From IMG/VR virus record IMGVR_UViG_3300046716_000020: DNA of 41,643 nt; one strand, 5' to 3'. Position 1 is the first letter of the stretch. The number at the start of each line of letters is the position of its first letter. Shown here in pieces: positions 22,310 through 30,233 of the stretch. The DNA comes from a virus. The position numbers and the translations under genes are program-made. The notes beneath the pieces were generated by a model. That model saw nothing but the letters and a program-made list of their open reading frames with translations. It had not been told where the DNA came from and ran no database searches.

Positions 22310-22476
22310 TGGCAAAGAAGTCGGATGTTCCTCCGATGCGTGGACCTCAATACCGTTGTTGCAACAACTGCATCGGTTCCCCGCGTCCCGGACGGGTCTA
22401 CGATTCCGGGACGCACCAATGGAAGAAGTGCCCCGCCTGCAAGGGTGAGGCACGCGTCATCATCAAAAATCTCTAG
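22309..22476 (+). CDS. 55-aa zinc-ribbon ORF with DnaJ-type CxxCxG motifs (CCNNCIGS...CPACKGEARV)
   Basis: Two Cys pairs about 20 aa apart. Coupled to the upstream ORF. Confidence 0.55.
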   Translation: MAKKSDVPPMRGPQYRCCNNCIGSPRPGRVYDSGTHQWKKCPACKGEARVIIKNL

Positions 22477-22484
22477 GGAGAGAC

Positions 22485-23267
22485 ATGATCAAACGTTTCG
22501 CCGCGATGCTCGCATCGCTCGGCATGCTGATCGCCGCAGTTTTCATCGCACCCTCACCCGCCCAAGCCGCGCAGAACTACTACTACGCCGGGGCGCGTCA
22601 GACCGGTCTCAGCGTGACGGCTGTCCGGATCACCGCCTACATCGGAAACCCGTGGCTGTCCGGCTACGACCAGCACACGATCTGGGAAACCTCGCTGGAC
22701 GACACGGCCGGCAACGTGGTCGAGATCGGCTGGGGGCGGTTCAACCACGACACCGGCGTGTTCCCCACCAACGTGCCGCGACTGTTCGCCTACCGCTGGA
22801 CGAACGGCGCACCCGGCGGCTACAGCGACTCGACCTGGATGCCCGTCTCGAATCTCGCTGGCTACACCCGGGGGATGGACCTGTCGGCGTTCATCGGCAA
22901 CACGGTGAATTTCGAGATCCGGTTGCTCGGCGACAACAGCTGGTCATACCGGTTCAACAACGTGGAGTTCGGCCGGTTCCCCGCGGGTGACTGGACGAGT
23001 CCGACATTTACCCAGGCGGCCACCATGCAGACGTTCGATGAGATCGCCACCACCCGGGCCATCGGCGTGACGTGCACGGACACGGAGGGCGCCCCGCCCA
23101 CCCTGGCCAGTGCAACCGCGGGCTACCTCGCGGGCGGCGCGCTCTACCTTCCCGGCGCAGTGTCCGCCAGCCTGACGGCGTTCGCGACCAATTCGGCGTA
23201 TTGGAATGCCGCACTGCCGACCGGTGTCACGGACGGCGTGAACCTCGGCGGTCCAGGTCCCTGCTAG
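22485..23267 (+). CDS. Secreted protein with a Sec signal peptide; mature part resembles the neprosin/DUF239 fold family (tentative)
   Basis: MIKRFAAMLASLGMLIAAVFIAPSPAQA|AQ has an n-h-c signal with an AxA cleavage site. HTIWETSL...VVEIGWG...PRLFAYRWTNG..GGY recalls the DUF239 pattern. It has its own SD (GGGAGAGA) and its own terminator. Confidence 0.8.
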   Translation: MIKRFAAMLASLGMLIAAVFIAPSPAQAAQNYYYAGARQTGLSVTAVRITAYIGNPWLSGYDQHTIWETSLDDTAGNVVEIGWGRFNHDTGVFPTNVPRLFAYRWTNGAPGGYSDSTWMPVSNLAGYTRGMDLSAFIGNTVNFEIRLLGDNSWSYRFNNVEFGRFPAGDWTSPTFTQAATMQTFDEIATTRAIGVTCTDTEGAPPTLASATAGYLAGGALYLPGAVSASLTAFATNSAYWNAALPTGVTDGVNLGGPGPC

Positions 23268-23284
23268 CTCCCATGTTTCACGTG

Positions 23285-23314
23285 AAACGGCCCAGCCGAG
23301 CGCTGGGCCGTTTT
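23285..23314 (+). terminator. Canonical intrinsic terminator (stem ACGGCCCAGC/GCTGGGCCGT plus a T-run)
   Basis: 10-bp G/C-rich stem, 5-nt loop, then TTTT directly after the stem. Lies 18 nt after the stop of 22485..23267. Confidence 0.75.
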
Positions 23315-23367
23315 GCTGTAGGCTGACCTGAACTGGTCAAGGGGATGTAAGGGATGGGGATACGGAT

Positions 23368-23589
23368 ATGAACTGGAATAGGATGAAACCCCCACCGGAG
23401 TTCGTGGTGAACGTGCTTGTGCTGCTGTCGATGGCGTGCCTCTCCCTGGCCGCGTTCATCCTCGGTGCGATGATCTCACCGCGTGCCGGGGTCGGTATCG
23501 GCTTCGCCGTCACGGGGGTGCTACTGTTCGTCTTGGCCTATCTGAACAGGCCAGAGGCACCGCCGTCGGCCGGAAGGGGTAGACCGTGA
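23368..23589 (+). CDS. Two-TM membrane protein (73 aa)
   Basis: Hydrophobic helices VVNVLVLLSMACLSLAAFILGAMI and IGFAVTGVLLFVLAYL. Confidence 0.65.
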   Translation: MNWNRMKPPPEFVVNVLVLLSMACLSLAAFILGAMISPRAGVGIGFAVTGVLLFVLAYLNRPEAPPSAGRGRP

Positions 23590-23756
23590 CCACACCGGCA
23601 GTCCCCAGCTACGACCGTTGCCAGCATTGCTACGCCAATCTGGTGATCGACTCGACTGGCTCCGTCCGTGACGTTCGTACGCGTGGCCTTTACTGCCTAC
23701 CGGGAACGTCCGACGTCCGTCACGTTACGCTTCCTCGGGTCAGCGAACGTGCGTAG
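23586..23756 (+). CDS. 56-aa Cys-containing ORF (GTG start)
   Basis: GTGA overlap with the upstream stop. YDRCQHCYANL...GLYC. It competes with the N-terminal extension of the portal ORF in the track. Confidence 0.45.
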   Translation: MTTPAVPSYDRCQHCYANLVIDSTGSVRDVRTRGLYCLPGTSDVRHVTLPRVSERA

Positions 23757-23817
23757 CCTGCTCGGCTCCGTCCAGGACAAGAGCCCGGTGCCGCTCAGCA
23801 CCACCCGTACGTCCAGG

Positions 23818-25098
23818 ATGGACTTCTTCGGCTTCCTGCGCTCGCGCATGGACACGCCGAGCATCCTCGCCGCCTACGGCGAGTCCGGCATCCTATTCCC
23901 GATCGTGTCGCGACTGGCGTCAGCTACGAGCAAATCCGACTGGACGCTGTACCGCAAGGCTGCGTCAGGTTTGAAGGAAGACCGGACACCGGTTGACAAG
24001 CATGCCTGCATCGATCTGTGGGAGCGGCCGAATCCCGCGATGCACCGCCGGCGCTTCATGGAGATGTCGCAGCAGCACGTGGATCTTGTTGGCGAGAATC
24101 GTTGCATCGCCAGCCACGTGAAGATCGGTAGCGCACTCGTCCCGATCGAGCTGTGGCCGGTACGCCCGGATCGGATCAGGCCCATCCCTGATCCGTACAC
24201 CTTCCTCAAGGGCTACATCTACACAAGCCCTGACGGCGAGAAGATGCCCCTTGAGCCGAACGAATGCTCGGGCCTGATCATGCCGGACCCGAGTGACCCC
24301 TATCGCGGCATGGGTCCCGTGCAGGGCGTAATGCGCGACATCGACTCGTCGAAGTATTCGAGCGAATGGAATGCGCGTTTCTTCGAGAACAGTGCTGAGC
24401 CGGGTGGTGTGATCGAGGTTCCCGAAGAGCTTGACGATCGTGCCTTTCAACGTCTCCGTGATCAGTGGAGCGCGGAGCACAAGGGTGTGAACAAAGCGCA
24501 TCGCGTCGCCATCCTTGAGGCGGGCGCGAAATGGAACGGTACCTCACTCTCGCAAAAAGATATGCAGTTCGCGGAACTTTCAGCGTTGTCCGACGAGAAG
24601 GTTCGACAGGCATTCGGCTACCCCAAGCCGATGCTCGGCGGAGTGGACGATATCAACCGTGCGAATGCTGAAGCGGGCGAATACGTCTTCGCTAAGTGGC
24701 TGATCGAAGACAGGTTGGATCGGTGGCGGGATTGGCTGAACTTCGACATTCTTCCGCAGTTCGGCTCAACCGGGGTCGGTCTCGAATGGGATTACGAGTC
24801 ACCGGTTCCTGAGAACTCCGATCAGGAGAACGCCGCACTGACCGCAAAGGGTAACGTTCTTGCCGCGTTGACTCCGCTCGGCTTCGACGCGTCGGAGTTG
24901 CTGGCGTTCCTCGGCTGGCCCGACATCCCGTTCACGGCCAGGGAGAAAGAGCCGACCCCTGTCAAGATCATTCCCGGTGAGACCGTACCCGCCGACGTCA
25001 TGCGCATGCTGACCGACATCGCGCAGCATAATCCCGGTATCGCTCAGGACACACTGACGGCGTTGCTGCGCAAGCGTGTCGGCGAGATCGGTCAGTGA
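23818..25098 (+). CDS. Portal protein (HK97-family type)
   Basis: Size and position after terL, plus portal-like conserved stretches. Start is ATG 23818 (MDFFGFL) or GTG 23788. Confidence 0.85.
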   Translation: MDFFGFLRSRMDTPSILAAYGESGILFPIVSRLASATSKSDWTLYRKAASGLKEDRTPVDKHACIDLWERPNPAMHRRRFMEMSQQHVDLVGENRCIASHVKIGSALVPIELWPVRPDRIRPIPDPYTFLKGYIYTSPDGEKMPLEPNECSGLIMPDPSDPYRGMGPVQGVMRDIDSSKYSSEWNARFFENSAEPGGVIEVPEELDDRAFQRLRDQWSAEHKGVNKAHRVAILEAGAKWNGTSLSQKDMQFAELSALSDEKVRQAFGYPKPMLGGVDDINRANAEAGEYVFAKWLIEDRLDRWRDWLNFDILPQFGSTGVGLEWDYESPVPENSDQENAALTAKGNVLAALTPLGFDASELLAFLGWPDIPFTAREKEPTPVKIIPGETVPADVMRMLTDIAQHNPGIAQDTLTALLRKRVGEIGQ

Positions 25099-25099
25099 T

Positions 25100-25294
25100 G
25101 TGGCCAAGCGATGGGAAGCGGTCGAAGAAGATGACGACAACACGTGCCAACCCTGCAACGACAACGACGGTAAGCTGTACCGCAACCGGACAGACGCCTA
25201 CGCCGACTACCCGGAAGGGGTCGGATACAAGGAATGTGTCGGTGCTCAGTTCGGGAATGCGTGCCGTGGGCGCGTGGTCAAGCGTCGCGGTTAG
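25100..25294 (+). CDS. 64-aa Cys-rich protein carrying a MuF/SPP1-gp7-like C-x2-C...DGK motif only
   Basis: DDNTCQPCNDNDGKLY...CVGAQFGNACRGRV. GTG 25100 lies 2 nt after the portal stop (GTG 25076 is an alternative). Confidence 0.55.
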   Translation: MAKRWEAVEEDDDNTCQPCNDNDGKLYRNRTDAYADYPEGVGYKECVGAQFGNACRGRVVKRRG

Positions 25295-25303
25295 GGGAGT
25301 GAG

Positions 25304-25540
25304 ATGAAGCTGAGCAAGGGCCGGATCGTCATGGCGGGCATCGAGCCGACCATGAACAACGGGGATGACACGTGTCCCGCGATCATCACCCGCGTGTGGT
25401 CGGACACGATGGTCAACATCCGACTCTTCCCGGACGGCATCTCGTGCCCCGTCAAGACGTCCGTACGGCTGTACGAGAACGAGGATGACGCCCGTCAGGG
25501 TGGCATCGGCAACGCCTGCTTCTGGCCTGCGAGGGTCTGA
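25304..25540 (+). CDS. Hypothetical protein (78 aa)
   Basis: ORF between the portal block and the protease. SD GGGGAGTGAG. Confidence 0.6.
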   Translation: MKLSKGRIVMAGIEPTMNNGDDTCPAIITRVWSDTMVNIRLFPDGISCPVKTSVRLYENEDDARQGGIGNACFWPARV

Positions 25541-25542
25541 CG

Positions 25543-26424
25543 ATGCGACGCAAGGACATGACCGCACGGATTGCCGGCCGTGCCATCGCCGCACGTATGG
25601 CGGGGCGCGCTGGTGAGCTGGTGACGTCCAACGTCGAGATCCTTCGCCAGATCAAAGACGTTCAGCGCGATGTTGTCGCGCGCTCCGAACACCCGGCGGA
25701 TTGGTTTCGGATCGAGAACGCCAGCGCGGAAGAAGCCTCGGTCTACATCTACGACGAGATCGGCTACTGGGGCACGACCGCTGCCGGTTTTGTCGATGAG
25801 CTGAACTCCATCACCGCCCCCCGGCTGAACATTCACATCAACTCTCCTGGCGGGGAAGTCTTCGACGGGGTTGCCATCCACTCCGCCCTGATGGCCAGCA
25901 AGAGCCACATCACCGTACACATCGACGGGCTTGCGGCTTCGGCGGCTTCGTTCATCGCGATGGCCGGAGATGACATTCGGATGGCCCGTCACGCCACGAT
26001 GATGATTCACGACGCGTCCGGGCTGTGCTGGGGTAACCCGGCGGACATGCACGCTATGGGCGATCTACTCGACAAGTTGAGCGATAACATCGCCGACATG
26101 TATGCGTTGCAGGCGGACGGAACCGTGGAGCAGTGGCGCGAGAAAATGCGCGCTGAGACTTGGTACACGGGGCAGGAAGCGCTCGCCGCCGGTCTTGTCG
26201 ATGAGATCACCGCGGTGGAGCAGCCGGAGGAAGACAAGGCAGCGTTCCCCCCGCGTCTCTCCCTGGCCGCGTTCAACTTCTCCGGGCGTTCCGAAGCTCC
26301 GGCGCCGGTGATCGAGGAACCCGAACCGGAAGAAGTCGAAGAGAGGGAAGAACCTAATCTTCTCGACAATCCTGATGACGCATGGGCATGGCACATGACC
26401 ATGTCCGAGGCAAAGCTCTCCTGA
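25543..26424 (+). CDS. ClpP-like (S14) capsid maturation protease, with an acidic scaffold-like C-terminal tail
   Basis: INSPGGEVFDG, GLAASAASFIAMAG and MMIHDASG match the ClpP-family Ser/His region. The EEPEPEEVEEREE tail precedes the capsid gene. Confidence 0.85.
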   Translation: MRRKDMTARIAGRAIAARMAGRAGELVTSNVEILRQIKDVQRDVVARSEHPADWFRIENASAEEASVYIYDEIGYWGTTAAGFVDELNSITAPRLNIHINSPGGEVFDGVAIHSALMASKSHITVHIDGLAASAASFIAMAGDDIRMARHATMMIHDASGLCWGNPADMHAMGDLLDKLSDNIADMYALQADGTVEQWREKMRAETWYTGQEALAAGLVDEITAVEQPEEDKAAFPPRLSLAAFNFSGRSEAPAPVIEEPEPEEVEEREEPNLLDNPDDAWAWHMTMSEAKLS

Positions 26425-26444
26425 GCTGAACGAGAGGAAAAGAG

Positions 26445-27803
26445 ATGACGGCACCCGTCATTCCGGTCAGCTCCGATGAGCTGAACGAAATGCTTCAGAC
26501 CAAGAAGGTGATGGATGAGGTTTACGCCGATCCGGCCACCTTCAAAACCTTCCTGACCAACTACGCGCGCGCATCCAACTCCACGGCCAAGGGTGACATC
26601 GAGCGCATCGTGGAGGAACGACTGCAAGCCGGACTCGCATCCTTCGCCAAGGACACGATGACCGACATCCGCCGGCCCGATCTCGGGAAGGCTTCGGCGC
26701 GTGATCTGCTGAATCAGCGGCAGACCGGCGTCATGTACAACCGCAACGCGATGGGGTCGAAGCTCGACGGCGAATTCGAGAACCTCGCCGACCTGTTCGC
26801 GACCGTGCATCACGGGGCGGACCGGTCCGAGCCCGCGCGCCGGGCGAAGCTCGACAAGATGAAGAACGCCCTCTCCAGCACGGTTCCGTCGGAGGGTGGC
26901 TTCCTCATCCCGGAGGAGATGCGCGCGGAGATCCTCTCCATCGCGCTCGAAACCGCCGTGATGCGCCCGCGCGCCCGGGTCATCCCGATGTCCAGCAAGA
27001 CCCTCGCCCTGCCGATGAACGACAGCACGAGCAACGTCTCCAGCAACTTCGGCGGCGTCGTCGCGTACTGGACGGAGGAAGGCGGAGCGCTCACCGATTC
27101 CTCACCCTCGTTCAGCAAGGTGAAGCTCGACGCGAAGAAGCTGACCGCCTACTCGGACGTCCCGAACGAACTGGACGACGACGCGGCAGCCCTTCAGGCG
27201 TTCCTGTCGATGGCGTTCCCGGAGACGATGGCGTTCGCGGAAGACTTCGCCTTCCTCATGGGGGACGGCGTCGGTCAGCCGCTCGGCGCGCTGAACGCAG
27301 CCAACACGGCGATCGTCTCGGTGACCTCGGGCGCCGGGTTCACCGCGGGGCAGATCATCACGATGTTCTCGCGTATGCTGCCTTCCTCGCTCACCCGGGC
27401 GATCTGGGTCGTGTCGCCTGACGTGCTGCCCGACCTGTACACGGTCACCTCCGGTGGCCGGCCGCTGCTGCTCAACAACGACGGCGGGACTGCCAACCTG
27501 AACGGCGGGCTGACGCTTTCGATCCTCGGTCGTCCGGTCGTGATCTCCGAGAAGGTCAACGCCGTCAACACCCAGGGTGACATCTCGTTCTTCGACCCCG
27601 GGTACTACCTGATCGGTGACCGGATGGCGATGTCCGCCGCCACCTCGCCTCACTACAAGTTCGGCAACGACATCACCTCCTACCGGCTGATCGAGCGGGT
27701 GGACGGAAAGCCGTGGCTGAAGGATCCGATCACGCCGAAGAACGGCGGAGCGACGCTGAGCCCGTTCGTGCAGCTGGCGAGCAACGACCGGACCCCGGCG
27801 TAA
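26445..27803 (+). CDS. Major capsid protein, HK97 fold family
   Basis: Position and size. SEGGFLIPEE...AVMRPRARVIPM is typical of Phage_capsid (HK97) proteins. SD GAGAGGAAAAGAG. Confidence 0.9.
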   Translation: MTAPVIPVSSDELNEMLQTKKVMDEVYADPATFKTFLTNYARASNSTAKGDIERIVEERLQAGLASFAKDTMTDIRRPDLGKASARDLLNQRQTGVMYNRNAMGSKLDGEFENLADLFATVHHGADRSEPARRAKLDKMKNALSSTVPSEGGFLIPEEMRAEILSIALETAVMRPRARVIPMSSKTLALPMNDSTSNVSSNFGGVVAYWTEEGGALTDSSPSFSKVKLDAKKLTAYSDVPNELDDDAAALQAFLSMAFPETMAFAEDFAFLMGDGVGQPLGALNAANTAIVSVTSGAGFTAGQIITMFSRMLPSSLTRAIWVVSPDVLPDLYTVTSGGRPLLLNNDGGTANLNGGLTLSILGRPVVISEKVNAVNTQGDISFFDPGYYLIGDRMAMSAATSPHYKFGNDITSYRLIERVDGKPWLKDPITPKNGGATLSPFVQLASNDRTPA

Positions 27804-27809
27804 CAGACG

Positions 27810-27859
27810 GGGCAGCGTGCACGTGGAGGTCCCCATCCCCCGTGACGTGCACGCTGCCC
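27810..27859 (+). terminator. 15-bp perfect stem (GGGCAGCGTGCACGT/ACGTGCACGCTGCCC, 20-nt loop) just after the capsid gene; partial terminator or RNA-stability element
   Basis: Arms at 27810-27824 and 27845-27859. No U-tract. Confidence 0.5.
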
Positions 27860-27940
27860 TCCTCCCCTGGCCGCTCCGGTCCAGTGGAGATCCATACTCG
27901 GCATTGACACCCCGAGGCCCCTACGGTAGGAGCATTCGTC

Positions 27941-28453
27941 ATGGAAGGTTTGGGACGGCTTTTCGATCTGTCGATCGGGGCGAGCCCGGTCGACTTCACG
28001 ACTGCGGGTGCGACCGGTAAGCGTTGCTCGATGCGCGAATCGGAAGCGTGCAGCGTCATTGTAATCAAGGCTGCCGGTACGGCCGCGCAAGATCCGACGT
28101 TCACGCTGAAGCAGCACACGGCGTCGACGGGCGGGACGACCGCGAACCTCGCGATCATCGATCACTACTACCTGAAGGCGGAAGCCACACTGGACGGCGA
28201 TGAGACCTGGACGCGGGTGGCGCAGACGGCCGCCGCGACCATCGCCGATCCGGGCGGTGCCGGAACGTCGGCTGAGGAAGAGCAGATCATCGTCATTCCG
28301 GTCGACGCTTCTGAACTGAGTGACGGCTACCGATACATTTCGCTGGACGTCGCCGACCCCGGCGCCAACGCGATGCTCGGTACGATCTTCTACATCCTGC
28401 ACGATCTGCACTGGCCCCGTAAGGCAGCGAACCTGAAGGCGCCGCTCAGCTAA
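27941..28453 (+). CDS. Hypothetical head-associated structural protein (170 aa)
   Basis: Position after the capsid gene. AGGAG lies 8 nt upstream. Confidence 0.7.
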   Translation: MEGLGRLFDLSIGASPVDFTTAGATGKRCSMRESEACSVIVIKAAGTAAQDPTFTLKQHTASTGGTTANLAIIDHYYLKAEATLDGDETWTRVAQTAAATIADPGGAGTSAEEEQIIVIPVDASELSDGYRYISLDVADPGANAMLGTIFYILHDLHWPRKAANLKAPLS

Positions 28454-28462
28454 GTCCGATGA

Positions 28463-28490
28463 GAGTCGGACCGGTCTTCCGGTCCGACTC
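28463..28490 (+). terminator. 12-bp stem / TCTT loop hairpin (GAGTCGGACCGG/CCGGTCCGACTC)
   Basis: Lies 10 nt after the stop of 27941..28453. Confidence 0.55.
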
Positions 28491-28509
28491 AATTCGAAGG
28501 GGGAAGCAA

Positions 28510-28707
28510 ATGGCGAAAATTCATTCGGACGGACGTGTCACCGACGCATCCGTGGAAGTCGAGTCGGAAACCGAACTGATCGATATTCCGCCGGATCAAT
28601 CGCCTGAACCGGAGGTGAAGCCATCAGTTGGGAACAGCTCGGAGCAATCCGGGAAGAGCGGAAGCGTGACGCCGAAGAAGAGCGTCAGAGGCGGGCGGAG
28701 CCGGTAG
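28510..28707 (+). CDS. Hypothetical acidic, Ser-rich protein (65 aa)
   Basis: ATG 28510 is preceded by AAGGGGGAAG. The 3' 85 nt overlap the ATC-start ORF. Confidence 0.5.
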   Translation: MAKIHSDGRVTDASVEVESETELIDIPPDQSPEPEVKPSVGNSSEQSGKSGSVTPKKSVRGGRSR

Positions 28708-28787
28708 CCTGCCCCAATGACGGCGAACCGCTCCAAAGGGACGAACAGGGCAGGCTCCATTGCCGCTTCGACGGCTGGACCCCCTGA
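28623..28787 (+). CDS. 54-codon zinc-ribbon ORF with no ATG/GTG/TTG start; ATC at the expected start, 5 nt after GGAGGTGA
   Basis: (I/M)SWEQLGAIREERKRDAEEERQRRAEPVACPNDGEPLQRDEQGRLHCRFDGWTP. An in-frame TGA lies 5 codons upstream. No canonical start anywhere in the frame. Confidence 0.45.
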   Translation: MSWEQLGAIREERKRDAEEERQRRAEPVACPNDGEPLQRDEQGRLHCRFDGWTP

Positions 28788-28827
28788 CAGGGTAAGCTGA
28801 CCGATAACGGCCAGGGGAGGGGGAGCA

Positions 28828-29859
28828 ATGGGAATCGAGCCTGTTTACATCACCAGAGACCCCATTGTCGATGCCCTCTCCGTCAAGCCGACCACCTACC
28901 AACTGTCCGAAGTGGACAGGGCGTGCAGGGCCGGTTCGCGTAGCGTCGAAGGATGCCTGAAGCGCATCTTCTATCCCGAGGTGCGCACGCGGTATTTCGA
29001 CTGGCCATCATCCCGCTTTTACTCGACTCCTGCCCGGATCGACTTCGACAAACATGCTCTGATCTCCGCCACTACGGTTGTCTCCGATGGCGTGACGATC
29101 ACCGACTATTTCCTCGAGCCGGACGACGATGGTCCGCCATACGAACATCTCGATCTCGACCGTGACTCTTCCGCCGTGTTCGCAGGCGGACCGCAGCGAG
29201 CGATCGCCGTCACTGGGCTCTGGGGCTGGACGAACGACGAGCAGACTATCGGTGCACTGTCCGGCGCTATCAACTCGACCGACACGCTGATCACGCTGTC
29301 GGTTCCCGCTCCGGTCGGCACGATTCTTCGCATCGGCACGGAACGCCTACAGGTCATCGGTATTCGCTGGATTGACAGCACGATCACGGCGAGCGCACTG
29401 ACGAACAGCAAAGCTGACGTGTCCATCGCAGTCTCCAGCGGCGCCCTGTTCACTGAGAACGAAGTCCTACTCATCGAATCGGAACGTGTCCGCGTTACTG
29501 AGATCGCAGGGAACGTTCTCACGGTCAAGCGGGCCGATGGCGGAACGGTGATCGCCGCACACAGTGCGGCAACGGCGATCTACTGGCAGCATCGAATCCA
29601 GGTAGAACGCGGCTCACTCGGGACAACCGCAGCCTCAGCCCTGGACGCGGCAGTGGTCTATCGCTGGGTTCCGCCTTCACTTGTCAGCGAGCTTGCGCAG
29701 GCGTACGTCGAAGACTATTTCTTGCAGCGCAATGCGGGTTATGCGCGCACGACCGGATCCGGTGAGAGTGAGCAGCAGGTCAACGGCCGCGGAGTCGCGC
29801 AGATCGAGAAGCGCGCGCGGGCCGTGTTCCGTCGCGGAGCAAGGCATTACGCGATATGA
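28828..29859 (+). CDS. Putative head-tail connector/adaptor protein (343 aa)
   Basis: Position in the structural module. SD GGGGAGGGGGAG. Confidence 0.6.
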   Translation: MGIEPVYITRDPIVDALSVKPTTYQLSEVDRACRAGSRSVEGCLKRIFYPEVRTRYFDWPSSRFYSTPARIDFDKHALISATTVVSDGVTITDYFLEPDDDGPPYEHLDLDRDSSAVFAGGPQRAIAVTGLWGWTNDEQTIGALSGAINSTDTLITLSVPAPVGTILRIGTERLQVIGIRWIDSTITASALTNSKADVSIAVSSGALFTENEVLLIESERVRVTEIAGNVLTVKRADGGTVIAAHSAATAIYWQHRIQVERGSLGTTAASALDAAVVYRWVPPSLVSELAQAYVEDYFLQRNAGYARTTGSGESEQQVNGRGVAQIEKRARAVFRRGARHYAI

Positions 29860-30233
29860 GCGTGGATAAGCGTGGACCGCTTTTCGACGGCCGGCTAGAG
29901 AAGGCCGTTGCCGACGCCTGCGACGAGATCCCGAAGCGTGTGGCGACACGCGGCGCGAGCATGTGGCGCACTACCCTCAACTCCCGGCTCAAGACCCAGA
30001 CGCCGTTCTACCGATTCAAGGTGGTGGCACGTCCCGACGCTCCCGGATGGAAGATCACCGATCAGGGAATCGTGTACGGACATTGGCTGGAGGGTGACGG
30101 ATCCCGCAACACACCCGTGACGCGTTTCCCCGGATATCACTCGGCCAGGGACACCACACAGAAGCTGAACGAACAGGCTAAGGCTGTCGGCGAAGAAGTC
30201 GTTGCCATCTACGTGAAGCGGATGAACGCATGA
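29856..30233 (+). CDS. HK97 gp10-like head-tail joining protein
   Basis: GIVYGHWLEGDGSRN resembles the gp10-family motif. ATGA coupling at both ends. Confidence 0.7.
   Translation: MSVDKRGPLFDGRLEKAVADACDEIPKRVATRGASMWRTTLNSRLKTQTPFYRFKVVARPDAPGWKITDQGIVYGHWLEGDGSRNTPVTRFPGYHSARDTTQKLNEQAKAVGEEVVAIYVKRMNA

Noticed and set aside
21227-22990. Track ORFs 21227..21946 (-), 22022..22453 (-), 22179..22448 (+) and 22325..22990 (+) as the genes of the terL-portal gap
   Set aside because: They cut across the chain of start/stop-coupled small ORFs and the signal-peptide gene. They lack SDs and have Arg/Pro/Ser-rich off-frame composition. The coupled plus-strand set explains the region without gaps.
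23275-23288. 14-bp palindrome GTTTCACGTGAAAC as a regulatory operator
   Set aside because: It is a single occurrence that partly overlaps the left arm of the adjacent canonical terminator. It has no partner site or nearby promoter, so I cannot distinguish it from chance or a terminator extension.
23313-23367. Seventh promoter-family copy upstream of 23368 (contains cctGAACTGgtc)
   Set aside because: No TTGNNN lies at the correct distance, there is no TAGNNT -10, and the ATG is not 6 nt downstream. Only the GAACTG core matches.
25495-28492. Large minus-strand ORFs (185, 268, 244 and 270 aa) opposite the protease, capsid and following genes
   Set aside because: They are antisense to genes with recognisable ClpP and HK97-capsid motifs inside an otherwise unidirectional late operon.
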